DNA of 64,000 bases from Eledone cirrhosa. Its lineage: Eukaryota. The stretch is from positions 165,478,001 through 165,542,000 of the forward strand of contig OZ024741.1 in the NCBI GenBank assembly GCA_964016885.1, given 5' to 3'. Within the stretch, counting starts at the first letter, position 1; the number at the start of each line of letters is the position of its first letter. The translations under genes were made by a program, and so were the position numbers. Below the pieces are notes generated by a model that ran no database searches, was not told where the DNA came from, and worked only from the letters and a program-made list of their open reading frames with translations. Positions 24,489-38,464 of the stretch are shown piece by piece.

Positions 24489-26409
24489 ATATCTATGTAT
24501 CTATCTATTATCAAAACATAAAATTTTCATTCCTAAGAAGAATTATTCTACAGTAAAAAAAGAAATTCCACAAAATAACTGCTAAAGAACATTGTCAAAA
24601 GATGGGTTTCGAAGATCAATAAATGAGAATAACATTGAACACTGCTGTCACATGGCACACCATGGTACAACAGAAATATTGCCCACAATGAAACTTTATC
24701 ATTCATACTATGCTCTTCTCTATTGGAAGATTCACCTGTAAGCTATCTTGGCATTGTTTAGAGATTTTAAATCATAGCTAATCATACCATATGTATAATA
24801 TAATCACAGAAACATTTTCCCTTAATCTTTAACCATCATGCCAAGTATATTTGCCATGGGCTAGATATGTCATGTAGGAAATTACATACAATACACATAT
24901 ATGAAGTAACAAAAGAAAGAGAGAGGAGGAGGAAAGGAAAATAGTGGAGGGAGGGGAAGGACGAGAGAGAGGGGGTAAAGGGGAAAAAGTGGAGGGAGGG
25001 GAAGGACGAGAGAGAGGGGGGTAAAGGGGAAAAAGTAGAGGGAGGGAAGGGAGGAAAGGAAATGAGGAAAAAGCCGAGGGAAGTGGAAGGGATGGGAGAT
25101 AATTCTGACTGGATCAGAAGTTAAACTTACAGTGCCACAAGACAAATAGAATTCACTTTCTTCAGATTCTGTTTTTCAACTTATTAATGTAAATAATGTC
25201 CACAATTTATTTTGTTTCCAAACATTTCTAATGTCTTATAATAGGAAATCATTGAGTGAATGTGTCTTGGATGACATTTTAACCCTCAAACAACAACAAA
25301 CCGAAACCAAAATGGAAAAAATGGTTGTGTGTAACCATGTATCTTCTGATTCACTACTACTGCATAGTACATTTGACATATGTTTTCTAGTATAGCCTCA
25401 GGATGACCAATGTCTTACGAGGGGAACTTGGAAAATAGAAACTGCAGAATTCCATTTATATATATATATAAATATATATTATATATATATCCCAGCATGG
25501 CCTCAGCCTGTTGACTAGAACATGTAGCGTGTGTGTGAGGTTTCATAAAATTGTAGTATTCTCAAACAAAGGGTAGCTATAAACAGCTCAATACTATATG
25601 TATTGTAAAAAGTCGGGTTACGATATATATATATATATATCTGCCCCGGGTGGGATAAACATGGTCCTCTGACTTGATTCTCTTCCAAAGGGTCAACCCG
25701 TCCTACCCATGCTAGTGTGGAAGATGGACGTTAAATGATGATGATGATGATGATGATTTTATATATATCATAATATAATATATATAATGAAAATTTAATT
25801 CAATGAAAATGAATAACTTCACCGCATTCTTTTGTCTACAGAAAATAGTTTAATAACAGCGCGCCTATTATCAGACTATTTTTTTGGAACCAAAAAAATA
25901 TGGCAAAGTTACTTTCAATTCAATTTTCAAATTCCATCACCAGCTTCTAATCATATATACATACACATATGTATATATCTATATACTACTAAAACTCTGC
26001 GATTGTGTCTTGTCTGTAATGTAACACAGCCAAAAGGTCACATAATGAGAAAATACTTTGAAAGGAAGTTGACCCTGAAATGGGAATACAAATGGAATAA
26101 AACACGTTTCACGTAAATCAGAATACAGGTTCCCGAGATACAGGGTTTTTCGGGTACCTTCATAAATAGAGAGAAAGAGATAGTAGTCGTGAGACAGTAG
26201 CTTGAAAGAGAGAGATAGAGAGAGAGAGAGGGAGAGAGAGAGAGAGAGAAGGAGGCAGAGAAGGAAAATGGAAGAGAGATAGAGAGAGCTATAAAGATTA
26301 TTTTTAAGTGAACATGATTTTTAAAAAATATTTTTAAGTGAACGTGACCAACTCATGGGTGGTCTAATATATATATATATATATATTCAGGGACCAACTG
26401 CTATCAATA

Positions 26410-26590
26410 TAACTGTTTCTACTTTAGGCACAAGGCCAGCAATTACGCAGTGCATTACTGGTACTTTATTTTATCGACCCCGTAAGGATGAAAGGCAAAG
26501 TCAACCTCGGCGGGATTTGAACTCAGATCGTAAAGGGACGTAACTATGCTGGAAAGCATGGCGTCCGACCCTCTACCGATACTGCCATCC
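26410..26590 (-). mobile_element. SINE family A (short form)
   Basis: Reverse consensus with few mismatches. Confidence 0.9.
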
Positions 26591-26907
26591 ACCAACACCA
26601 TATTTGCAGGCTGGCCCTGAATCAAATTTTCTCTTTTCACTTTTCTCTATACCCTATCTTCCATTATATGTTTGGGTTCAACGTGATCCTGTTACATAAT
26701 TCTGCAGATGACACCTGATGAGATTGCCTTGCCTTGCATCATAATCAGATGATGGAGCCAGACCCTCGCAATATGTGTAGTGTTTTTGAAAAATTAAAAT
26801 TCCAAAGTAAATTTTCCAGTCCGGCCTTCTGTTGTGGTTTTAATTTTTATATATATATGTATGTGTAATGTGTAATGTATATATAAATATGTGTGTGTGT
26901 ATGTGTG

Positions 26908-26938
<31 letters not shown>

Positions 26939-26962
26939 AATGTGTATATATATATATATATA

Positions 26963-27076
26963 GACAGTCCTATGCGAGCAAGACAATCACTCTTGCCTCA
27001 AGTGGGACTACCCCCGTCCAAACCCATGCAAGCGTGGAACACGGACGTTAAACGTTGATGATGATGATGATGATGA

Positions 27077-27080
<4 letters not shown>
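26963..27080 (+). mobile_element. RTE 3' tail fragment
   Basis: Near identical to 16100-16208. Confidence 0.85.
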
Positions 27081-27142
<62 letters not shown>

Positions 27143-27144
<2 letters not shown>

Positions 27145-27346
27145 CAAAGAGGGTGTGGTAAGATATCAGGTGGACCATAACGCACGAGAGTACTCAATAC
27201 TTAGGGTAGTAGAGTGGGTAATAGGAAAAGAGTCAGGACCCCGACGGCTGAGCTCTGGCTGTTTCGAGAGCTAGATCCAACAGCTAGTTCGGATATGGTT
27301 ATCGAAAAGGCTGGAGCTCAGCCATTGGGGTCCTGATATTTTTCCT
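27143..27346. repeat. Long hairpin element with ~90 bp tail, copy B, inside (TA)n
   Basis: TCAGGACCCCGACGGCTGAGCTC...GAGCTCAGCCATTGGGGTCCTGA (27233-27336). Confidence 0.85.
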
Positions 27347-27387
27347 ATATATATATATGTATGTGTAATGTGTGTGTGTATATATAT

Positions 27388-27467
<80 letters not shown>

Positions 27468-27486
27468 ATATATATATATATATAAT

Positions 27487-27520
<34 letters not shown>

Positions 27521-27616
27521 GTTAAATCTTAGACGGGAACAAAAACAAAGAGGCAGTACAAATATGAGTTCATGCTTTTGAGAGGGGGGGGGGGTGTATA
27601 TATATATATATATATA

Positions 27617-27957
27617 TGGAGGCACATGGCTTAGTGGTTAGAGCATTGGCCTTGCAATCGAAAGGTTGTGAGTTCAATTCTGAGACCGGGTGATGTGTTG
27701 TTTCCTTGAGCAAGACACTTTATTTCACATTGCTCCAGTTTACTCAGCTGTAGAAATGAGATGATAGGACTGGGGTCCCTATCATTCCACTGCAAAGTGG
27801 TCATGGAGGTGCCACAGCAAAAAAGCACCCATCACTCACTGTAAATGAGGTTGGTGTTAGGAAGGGCATCCAGCTGTAGAAATCAAGCCAGAATCAGTTC
27901 CCGTCCCACCCTTGTAAGCAGGGAAAAAGCGGACGTAAAATGAAATGATGATGATGA
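27617..27957 (+). mobile_element. SINE family B with RTE-type tail
   Basis: Near identical to 17119-17450. Confidence 0.9.
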
Positions 27958-28134
27958 TAGAGATATATGTATATGGGGCGGGGGGGGTATATATGCTCTG
28001 TATTATTACACGTCACTTATTTCTTCTTTTAGGTAACATCTCTTCTATATTTCTATATATAATGATATAAACACAATGAGTTTATTAATCAACAGTATTA
28101 ATTCTTTTTGCTTAACTCCTTATATATATATATT

Positions 28135-28186
<52 letters not shown>

Positions 28187-28868
28187 GATTTCAGAGTGTG
28201 TGTCCATCTTTGTGTTTATATCCCATAATTTAGAGATTGAACAAATACATGGCAGACTTTAAAAAAAGTTGTGTGTGTGCATGTTTGTGTGTATGTGTGA
28301 TGTGTATATATATAGATATATATATGTATGTGATGTGTGTAGTAAATGTTAAGGCAAAGTAATAAAAATAAATCGTTATAACTTGTCCATTTTATTGATC
28401 CTAAGCATTCATAACTTTGAATGCTCATCATAAAAAAATAGTAAAACTGAAAAAAATGTAACTAAATAGCAAAGCTTTCATTTGATTGTCAGCAGACAAT
28501 AAATAATTATCTAATATTAATATCTCAGCAGTTTAGAGAGAATTTGTAAAAAATATTTTGTTACACAGTGACATTTACAGAAGAAAAAACAAAAATGAAA
28601 CAAAAAAAAAAAAAAATGAGATCCCAGTGTAAAATGCATATAAAGATTACTTTTGACAAATACCATAATGATTGTTGTAATGTCGAAAATATAATATATT
28701 AATGGAATAGCTATAAAGAATCACTAAGAGTTTGGCACATTGGCAAAATTAGCAATCAGCAATTGCTAAATAGCGTTTTTGAAAAGTCAATGTAGCTCAG
28801 AGAAATATTTTTTTTAGAAATAAAAGATGCGGGAGGCGAAATAATTTGAAAATATATATTATTTCCAC

Positions 28869-29040
28869 AAGCAATTATATTGCGGAAGAGCCATTTTAGC
28901 CATTCAAAAAATCACACAGACACTATAATATCCTTTTCTCATTTATTTCCTGACACCCTAAAATAAATAAAAAGTGAATATAACAGTTTGTAAGGTGTTT
29001 TTTTAATGGTAAAAATGGTTCTTCCGCAATATAATTGCTT
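28869..29040. mobile_element. Fold-back element or MITE with ~46 bp inverted arms
   Basis: AAGCAATTATATTGCGGAAGAGCCATTTT ... AAAATGGTTCTTCCGCAATATAATTGCTT; no clear TSD. Confidence 0.7.
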
Positions 29041-29447
29041 CAGGTTTAACACTCATCAAATCAAGTTACTTGCCAAACAAGTAGAACTCTGAAATATATT
29101 GTTTTTATTTTTTAATGGATAGAAAAGGTGCAGAGCTCATAACTTTTAGGACAATTTTGACTAAAGGATAGAAATAAATTGATGAATTCAAAGTAACTGA
29201 TGTCTGATTTTATTTGTTGCAGATTAGTAGTGAACCCTAACCCAGAGAAAGAAAGAACTCCAGGATTGAGGGAATGTGATGGTCTGGTTTGAAAAACATA
29301 GTGAGTCATACATAATGGTGATGGTGGTAATAGTTATGAAGATAGAGGATACTTTATAATATCTACTCCAGTCCTACTCAGTTTCACTGGCATCAACATT
29401 GCATGGGATTCAATAATATCAATACTGGTACCAGTAATATGCTAGGT

Positions 29448-29675
29448 TTAACCCTTTAGCATTTACATTACTCTATATTTACTATTATATTTTCACGGTA
29501 AAGGCTTTCTCTGACATAATATCTCACATAATATTGCATCTATGAGATTTTGATATTATTTATTTTGAGAACAATACCTTAGCATCAGTATGAGTGGCCG
29601 GTTACAACCAGATTGAACTGAAAGAAGTCAGAAAATTCAGGCCGGATATGGACAGTTTAAATGCTAAAGGGTTTA
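29448..29675. mobile_element. piggyBac-type MITE P1
   Basis: Family termini and body. Confidence 0.85.
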
Positions 29676-30850
29676 TTTTGATTGTCTATGAGAGAAATTA
29701 ATATTTTTTCAAATAAATTTGACATCATATATTCTTCTTTTCCTTGTTTAATCAGAAAAAGAAGAGCAATGTGACTGACCCATTACTGAAGAAAAGGGCA
29801 GTCTTTATAACTCTTTACTGGAGTAAAGGGCAGTACCTGTGAGCCTTTGCTGGAGTAAAGGGCAGTAGCCATGACCCTTTATTATTTCAGTATCTCTGGG
29901 ACCAGTGGAAGAAAATGAATAGAATAGACCTCCATCGGTTTTGATGATGGATTGTTCCATCTGTTCAATGATCAGTGGAGCAACCTGCTCATGAAATTAA
30001 TATGCAAGTGGTTGAGTATTCTACAGACATGTACCTCCTAACAAAATTCTCATCAAGATTCAATTCAGCATGGCGCAAAGCACAAAGTGTGACAAGGCTG
30101 GACCTTTGAATTATAGGTACAGTTCATCTGATGGGGTTACAAAGTTTCATTCACAAGATATGGGTTGATTGAAAAATATGGCAAATAACAGTATCCCAAA
30201 ATGCTACATAGTGGGATCCAACCTGAGACCTTATGATTGTGAAGTGAACGTCTTAAATGTTTGGCCATGATGCATCCACACACTCATAGGAACATAAAGA
30301 ATGAATGCTTATAGTATACAAAGTACCATTTCCCTGCATGTTTTCCGATGTCAAGTGCTCCAGTTCATTCAGTCAACAGAACAGCCTTGTTGTGAAATAA
30401 GCATGTAAAGTGGCTAAGCATCACACAGGTAAATGCACTTTTAATGGGTGTATGCTCAGGGAGATTCAGCAAAACAGTGTTCAACAAAGTTATCCCATTG
30501 ATTTACAGATACAACTAATTTTTACTAAATGAGTTGACTGGAGTAACATGACATAAAGTGTCTTGTGCAAGGACACAATACACTGCTTGGTCCAAGAATT
30601 GAACTCATGACTCTACAATTGCAAGAACAATACACTAACCACTAAGCCATGCACCTAGAATATACATATAGTAATATGTATAGTCTACTTCACAATTTCT
30701 TTTCTTTCCTTTTTATTGAAGCCTTGAGCTGATCAAGGACTTGTGTGTGGAATTTGGCAGACAGAAACTGCAGAAGCCTCAATCTGCATGTGTATGTATG
30801 TGTGGGTGGTATGGTGTACATGTGTGTGGTATGGTGTATATGTGTAGTAT

Positions 30851-30901
<51 letters not shown>

Positions 30902-31429
30902 TATGGTGAGTGTATGTATATGTGTTCAAGTACCATAACTTAGTGGTCTGACAAAAAATGATATAGAAAAAATAAGTACCAGACATGAAACAAATAAGTA
31001 CTGGGATTGCTGTGATCAACTAAATAGAGCTGGTATCCTAGCATGGCTACAGTCTAATGACTGAAACAAGATAAGAAACATATATCTTGCTCATTTAGAA
31101 AGAAGCCAGACAAACCTAGAAAGTTCAGAGGAATATCTTTGGAAATGGAAATTCCAAAGTTTCTCCAATTCAATTGCAACATTAACAAAAATACTAGACT
31201 TATACAATGAAAAATGCAAACATAAAATGCAGACATAAAACTGCCGACAACAATTACATATGAGAAATAACTGAAAGTTAATTATTAAACTGTAAAAAAT
31301 GAAGAAAATAGCCAAACAAAATGAAAGTTATTGAATGCTTAGTACTAAAACATTTGTACTGCCCTAGCTAAAGATGTGCTGGATCTAAGTGTACATATAG
31401 TTATGTATATGTGTATATATACAGCTAAC

Positions 31430-31442
31430 AGACACTAACACA

Positions 31443-31483
<41 letters not shown>

Positions 31484-31490
31484 TGCCTAG

Positions 31491-31521
<31 letters not shown>

Positions 31522-32144
31522 CACTGACTAGAGACACTCATACACAAACACACACATATATATATATATACATACATACACACACATATATATACATACA
31601 TACACACACAGTGCCTAGAGACACTCATACACACACACACACATATATATACATACATACACACACACACTGCCTAGAGACACTCATACACACACATACA
31701 TACATATATTTTCATTTAATTTTCATATACATCTATATATATATATATTCACACATATGCATGTTTACATATGCATACACACTTATATATACACATACCT
31801 ATATAGATATAGGTATGTGTTTACACACACACACACACATATACGCATACATTATTTCCCCACAAGAAACTGATTACAAATTTCAATGGTTTCACAATAT
31901 TATCATTTCAGACAATATCTCCAGCATCTATAAAACACACACACATACAGTCAAAGCCATAAACACTATACACACATATGCATGCACTATTATAAACACA
32001 CACACACACACACACTAGAATGTTAGTGGTATGGAGGTGGAAGGGAGCAGTAAATCAACCTCCTTATCTATTTATTCCACAAACAAGATACACATGTTAG
32101 CTTGCTTCTTAATCAGAAATACATCCTGCAGAAAATATATCTTC

Positions 32145-32181
<37 letters not shown>

Positions 32182-32185
32182 TATG

Positions 32186-32232
<47 letters not shown>

Positions 32233-32301
32233 GTGTGTGTGTGTATATGTGTGTATGTGTGCGTGTGTATATATATATGTGTGTGTGTATATATGTGTGT
32301 G

Positions 32302-32342
<41 letters not shown>

Positions 32343-32367
32343 GTGTGTGTGTGTATGTGTGCGTGTG

Positions 32368-32412
<45 letters not shown>

Positions 32413-32606
32413 GTGTGTGTGTGTATATGTGTGTATGTGTGCGTGTGTATATATATATGTGTGTGTATATATATGTGTGTGTATATATATATGTGTGTGT
32501 GTGTGTGTATATATGTGTGTGTGTATATATGTGTGTGTGTGTGTATATGTGTGTATGTGTGCGTGTGTATATATATATGTGTGTGTATATATAAGTGTGT
32601 GTATAG

Positions 32607-32650
<44 letters not shown>
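31430..32650. repeat. Compound (CA)n/(TA)n/(TG)n region with higher-order reiteration
   Basis: Direct reading; CACTGCCTAGAGACACTCATAC units at 31480-31690. Confidence 0.9.
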
Positions 32651-32927
32651 CATCACCATTCAGTATCTATTTTCCATGCTTGCATGGATGGAAGATTGGC
32701 GTTAAATGATGATGATGAGGATGATGATGATGATGATGATCAGAAGACTCTTTTGTTGTATCAAGGACATGACTACCTCTTTAATATTGGTGACATGAGA
32801 AAATGCAGCAAGTAAACTTGGTAAAATGGTTGATGATAAGAAGGGCATCCAGCTGGCAAAATCTAAAATCTGAAATATTGATATCTACATAAATAGATTT
32901 GAGAATATCCCAGTTTCTGAAAATCCC

Positions 32928-33377
32928 TTTACACTTTAGCATTTAAACCAGCCGTATCCAAACTGGCCACTCATACTGATGTTAAGTTATTGTTCTCAAA
33001 ATAAATAACATTAAAATCTCGTAGATTCAATACTATGTGAGCTAACTATGTAAAATAAAGTTTTAACTACAAAAACACAATAGTATATATGTTGTTGTTA
33101 CAGCTCACACCTATGTAGGTTTAGCTGGCCTCCTCCAAGGTATATCTCGTTGGAGGTGTCTTGGGTGATTTAATGATAGGGACCCCAGTCCTATCATCTC
33201 ATTTCTACAGCTGAGTAAACTGGAGCAACGTGAAATAGAGTGTCTTGCTCAAGGAAACAACACATTCCAGGTCCAAGAATTGAACTCACAACCTTTTGAT
33301 TGCACGCCCAATGCTCTAACCACTAAGCCATGCACCTTGATAGTATATATAGAGTAATGTAAATGCTACAGGGTTAA
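32928..33377. mobile_element. MITE P1 interrupted by SINE B (33091-33339, minus, tail variant 2)
   Basis: SINE flanked by the 11 bp TSD ATAGTATATAT; ends in (AAC)n. Confidence 0.85.
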
Positions 33378-33462
33378 ATGGTGAGTGGAATTTCTCATGA
33401 AAAAGTCATTGCCTATGATTTTCAAATAATCAACAATCTGGTGAGATTTAGCAGTATAACTA

Positions 33463-33629
33463 CTGTATTTCCCGGTGCTGAGACGCTTTGTCCTCGAGGA
33501 TGCACCCTAATTTTGACAACCAAAAATTTGAAAAAAAATAATAAACAACCTTCGGCCTCCAGATCACATGGTAGATTTTTTTAGACTTATTTTTGGAAAA
33601 AGTAGCATCTTCGACGCTGGGAAATATGG
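33463..33629. mobile_element. TA-flanked Tc1/mariner-type MITE
   Basis: TA-CTGTATTTCCCGG...CTGGGAAATATGG-TA. Confidence 0.65.
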
Positions 33630-34632
33630 TAACTAATAATTAAGTTGGGGTTATTGAGAGTCTTACATAAAATTATGATAGTTTTATGATAGAAAACTTT
33701 CTAAGTGTGGTTGCTATCAAAAGGGTTAACCTTTTAAGAATGATAACATTGCTATTACTAACAGCAGGAGCACTTTCAAGCAAAATAGCACATGACCCAG
33801 TGGTTAGAGTGTTGGACTAACGCTCATAATGTTGTGGGTTTGATTCTTGGACTGGTTGGTGTGTTGTATTCTTAAACAAAACACTTAATTTTACTTTGTT
33901 CTAGTAATGAGTACCAGCAGTAGCTGGGGGTTAATACTGCAATGGACTGGTGTGTTATCCAGGGGAATGTCTTGTACTTCCACATGCTTAATGCCAATTA
34001 AACTGGGATAAGTAGAGCGTTGGAAAAAATAACTTGTAGCGTTTGATCCAGCCCTTTATGTTCTGTTCTACAAGTTCTGCTGACCAAATTTTAACAATTA
34101 TTATTTTTGTTATTATCATCATCATCACCGGGGAGGTGGATTGGCAGTCGTTAAATGAAACAGATGAGCCTCTGGGCTTGGAATAGGCTTTAAACTTTTA
34201 AATTCTAAAGCTCAAAATGTATAATTCCTTAAAAAGACCAGTCTACCAGTACAAGCACTGTAAACACTAAGAGTAAATGTGTGAGACTAGATACTACAGC
34301 GGTGATACGATATTTGAGAGAACTCTTCAGTTTGGCTGAGCATATGCTGGTGCCATGTTAAAATGCACTCAGTACATTCTATGAAATGTTAGTATTGGTG
34401 TTACTCTGTAAAGTCGTTGTGCTTGTATCAGGAAAAATACACCCAATAAGTCTGTAATGTGGTTGGCATTAGGAAGAGCAACCATCCATCAAATCCATGG
34501 GAAATAGAGAACATATGAGCCAGATAAGGTCAATCCAAACCATCTAGTCACAAGGCTTAACAACCAGTTCACCTCATGCCAGTGTGGAGAGTGGTCATAA
34601 AATGATGATTGTAAATTATCAACATCTAAAGA

Positions 34633-34830
34633 ATAATTGTCTCTACCTTAGGCACAAGGCCAGCGATTTGAAGGGGAGGGGGAAATTAAATTAAATCGAG
34701 CCCAGTGCATTACTGGGGCTTTATTTTATAGACCCCGTAAGGATGAAAGGCAAAGCTAACCTCAGCGGGATTTGGAGCCAGAACTCTATGCCGCTAAGCA
34801 TGGTGTCCAACATTCTACCGATACTGCCAG
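34633..34830 (-). mobile_element. SINE family A (long form)
   Basis: Reverse consensus. Confidence 0.8.
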
Positions 34831-35310
34831 TCTAAATAATATTAATTGTAGTTAGGGTAGCATTAACAAATTATTGGTTTTGTGTATATTCTCAGTATAG
34901 AAGAGTAATATTGTTGAATTGAAGAAGTCATCGTCAGACAGAAGAGGATTGGGCAAGGTGTTTAGATCACTGTACTATGTTGTTGGAATTTGTTTACATT
35001 TGTAACTGAATATATTCTATCTAATGTTACAAAATTATACACACACATTATATATATATATATCTACTTTTACAAGCGAGAATGAAGGATAGATGCACGT
35101 TATATACACTAAGGTGATGCTGGTGCCACAATAAAATACTCCCACTACAGGCTGTAATGTGGTCGGCATTAATAGGGGCATCTAGCCATAGAAACCAAGC
35201 TAAAAACAAAAGACTTGCGCAAGACATGGTTACCTGGAGGTGTAGACATAAAACATGACCAGCCTTCTAACTCATGCAGGTGTGGAAGAGCAGATATTAA
35301 AATGATGATG

Positions 35311-35345
<35 letters not shown>

Positions 35346-35400
35346 TGATTTAAAATTTCACTATTCACAAGTGTTTTTTAAGCTTCATATCATGTATCCC

Positions 35401-35471
35401 TATTTTATCTGATGAAAACGCAGATATCATCCCATGATGATATTTGTTTTTGAAATGCGCATAATAAAATA
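35401..35471 (+). ncRNA. Minimal type I hammerhead ribozyme, copy 3
   Basis: TATTTTAT-CTGATGA-AAACGCAGATATCAT(CCCATG)ATGATATTTGTTTTT-GAAA-TGCGCA-TA-ATAAAATA; 8 bp stem I, 14/15 paired stem II, palindromic stem III. Confidence 0.9.
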
Positions 35472-35501
35472 TTTGGAACTCTTTTAACCATCTTTCGATC
35501 T

Positions 35502-35575
<74 letters not shown>

Positions 35576-35934
35576 GAAGGATGAGTATTTAAACTTTATT
35601 TTATTCAGAGTTAAGGCTCTATTGATTTTTCCCTGGATTTCACAAAATTCTATGGATAAATCTATGTCTTGATTTTTTTTTGAATTGAGTTTGAATTATT
35701 TTCCCACATCTTACGTTAATTATTTTCCATTTTGACGTTATAGTCACTTATATATTATGGAATACTGTTGGCTTCACGCTCACAATAATTTCTATACTTT
35801 CATTTATATATATATATAGTGTGGGTAGTACAGTGAAATACTGGTGTTGGTACAAAATCAAGCACTCTATGCACAGGCAGAATGTATACAATAGAAAAAA
35901 ATGGCCAAGTTTTGTTTACATATATCCAATATGA

Positions 35935-36125
35935 AGGATTCGGGACCCTGACAGCTGAGCTCCTGCTGTTTCAACAGCTAGATCTGAACAGGAGTTTGGA
36001 TCTAGCTGGTGAAATGGCAAGAGCTTAGCTATTGGGGTCCTGAATCCTACATATTACCCACACTACTACCCTAATTATCAAGTCTTCTGGTGAGTAATCG
36101 TCTAACTGGTTTTTACTGTATCCAA
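35935..36125. repeat. Long hairpin element with tail, copy C
   Basis: AGGATTCGGGACCCTGACAGCTGAGCTC...GAGCTTAGCTATTGGGGTCCTGAATCCT (35935-36048), then TATTACCCACACTACTACCCTAA tail. Confidence 0.85.
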
Positions 36126-36464
36126 TCTGATTTATATATCCAATATATTTGTCCAATTACCTACAAACACGTAAGTCAGCAGCAGTCCTGGAAACTACTG
36201 AGGCACCAATTAAAATGTGTTGTTTCTCTCACCAGACAGAGACAAACAACAAATACATATTACACACCAAAATAACTACAAGCTACTTGAGAAAGTTCAA
36301 ACATTGAACTGATAAAAGGTAAAGGAACTGAAGATGTCTTATATTGTCTGAGTGTCTGTCTTCAGAAACTTGGATTATATATCAAAGATAGATCAATCAT
36401 TCAGCTCTAGAATTCTGTTTGAGGCTTAAGGGTCTGTCATTACATACAGTGAATGTAATGGGTA

Positions 36465-37427
36465 TTTGAACTTGATTAAGTACTGGAGGTAATAATTGAC
36501 TTTCCCTTCTCCTAAAACTACTGGCCTTGAGTCTAAATTAGAAAACATAATAACAATGGTTCTGAAGGCCAACACTTTTGAGGGAGGGGAAAATCAATTA
36601 AATTGACCCCAGTGCATTACTGGTGCTTTATTTTATCGACCTCCATAAGGATGAAAGGTATTAAAATAATAACAAAAAATGTGTAATAATAACTGTTTCA
36701 GATTTAGACACAAGGCCAACAATTTTGGGGGAGGGAGAAATCGATTAAATTGACCCCAGTGCATTACTGGTACTTTATTTATCGACCTCGTAAGGTTGAA
36801 AGGCAAAGCTAATCTCAGAACGTAAAGGGACGTAACTATATGCCACAAAGAATGTTGTTCGATGCTTTACTGACACTGCCAATCCACTGCCCTTATAATA
36901 ATAATTATTATTATCATCATTAGTTAAATTTTTATTGCCTGCTGTCACTGCATTACCAAGCACAGCTCTGTGCACTTTAAGTGTGTGTACTGTTATTTTT
37001 AGTTTTGTTTCTGTTGTATTGAGAGAGAACTCTTCATAGTGTATAGTGTCTAATAGTACTGAATTAACAGAATTGGTAGAGCATCAGACACCATGCTTCG
37101 CGGCATAGAGTTATGCTCCTTTACGTCGATAAAATAAAGTACCAGTAACATACTGAGGTCAATTTAATTGACTTTCCGCTCCTCCAAAATTACTGGCCTT
37201 GTGCCTATAGCAGAAATCATTATTATTATTATTAATAGGGCGGGGAATTGGCAGAATTGTGTGTGACACCCTGCTTTGCGACATAGAGTTATGGCACTTT
37301 AAGTCCTGAGTTCAAATCCCTCTGATGTTAGCTTTGCCTTTCATTCTAACAAGATCGATAAAATACGTACTGGGGTCAATTTAATTGACTTTCCCTCCCT
37401 CAAAATGACTGGCCTTGTGGTTAAACC

Positions 37428-37455
<28 letters not shown>
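36465..37455. mobile_element. Cluster of degenerate SINE family A copies on both strands
   Basis: Multiple partial consensus matches. Confidence 0.75.
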
Positions 37456-37458
<3 letters not shown>

Positions 37459-37694
37459 ATTGTTGACATACAACTTCATGCACTGAAATATGGAATCTCT
37501 GAATAGAATTAAGAATTTCCTTATCAGTAATTGTTTAATTAAACATTAGTTTCATTAAGTGAATTAAGGTTCCTTTATCATTGGCTGATGTTAATAAGTA
37601 TATTGAATTAACAGTTAGGATTATTTTTAACATATACATTATAATCAGATTGTGATACTACAGAATTTATTTATTACTGTACCACTGCACATTC

Positions 37695-38090
37695 ATGGGC
37701 TTTAAAGGCATCTGATTTGAAATGACTCAGTGCATTTGAAATGTCATGTTATAGGTGCACTTAGAATTAGCTGGGCAGCTCACAGGAAAAATGAATCTGT
37801 CCTGGAAGAAATTGGTGCCAATCGACAGTTGGTTGAAACAGTAAGGAAAAGGAGAAACTTCAGTATTTTGGTCATGTCATTAGGACCCAAAATTTGACTA
37901 TCCACATACTTGAGGGACAAGCACAAGGGAAAAGAGCCGGGGGATGGCAGAAAAGAAGATGGACAGATATTAAGGAATGGACAGGAAGGAGTTTGGCAGA
38001 ATGTACAGCAATGGCAAGAGACAGGAAAAGATAGGGAGTGCTGGTCCATAAGTCCATGAGCCCCGACCTTCAAATGTGAGGATGGGATGA
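37695..38090 (+). pseudogene. RTE/BovB-like LINE C-terminal fragment
   Basis: AFEMSCYR...RISW...NESVLEEIG...KLQYFGHVIR...ILEG..QGKR..G..KRRWTD with frameshifts. Confidence 0.85.
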
Positions 38091-38139
38091 GAGCAAACGA
38101 CCACTTTCTAGACATGATTTTTTTTTAGTTTCTATTTGC

Positions 38140-38300
38140 AAGGACATGGCCAAATGGTTAAGAAATTCACTTTGCAAACATTAGCTCCCAGGTTCAATCC
38201 TACTGCATGGCATCTTGGGCAAATGTTGTTTACCATAGCATCAAGTCAAACCATGCCTTGTGAGTGAAACTGAGTAGATAGAAACTGATTGGAAGCTTTT
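38140..38300 (+). mobile_element. Degenerate tRNA-derived SINE of a third family
   Basis: TGGCCAAATGG A box, GGTTCAATCC B box, CTTGGGCAAATG centre. Confidence 0.6.
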
Positions 38301-38464
38301 TGAATGGACTATAGGGACTATAGGGACTAATGAGGGACAGAGACCGCTGGAGAGAACTCGTCCATGGATCTCGGGAATTTTACCCGCCTTAGATAGATAG
38401 ATACTTCTAATTCATAGGTCTAGTTTTGGCACAAATGTCATGCTAAATCTCCATGAGAACTATG

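Noticed and set aside
26455-26640. Recurrent peptide GSIGRGSDAMLSSIVTSLYDLSSNPAEVDFAFHPYGVDKIKYQ as a multicopy gene
   Set aside because: It is the translation of SINE family A.
26716-26750. CTGATGA followed by GATT...AATC
   Set aside because: No GAAA and no stem I or stem III.
32102-32815. Cys/Val/Tyr/His-rich ORFs here and at 62103-62951 and 63666-63986
   Set aside because: Dinucleotide microsatellite read-through.
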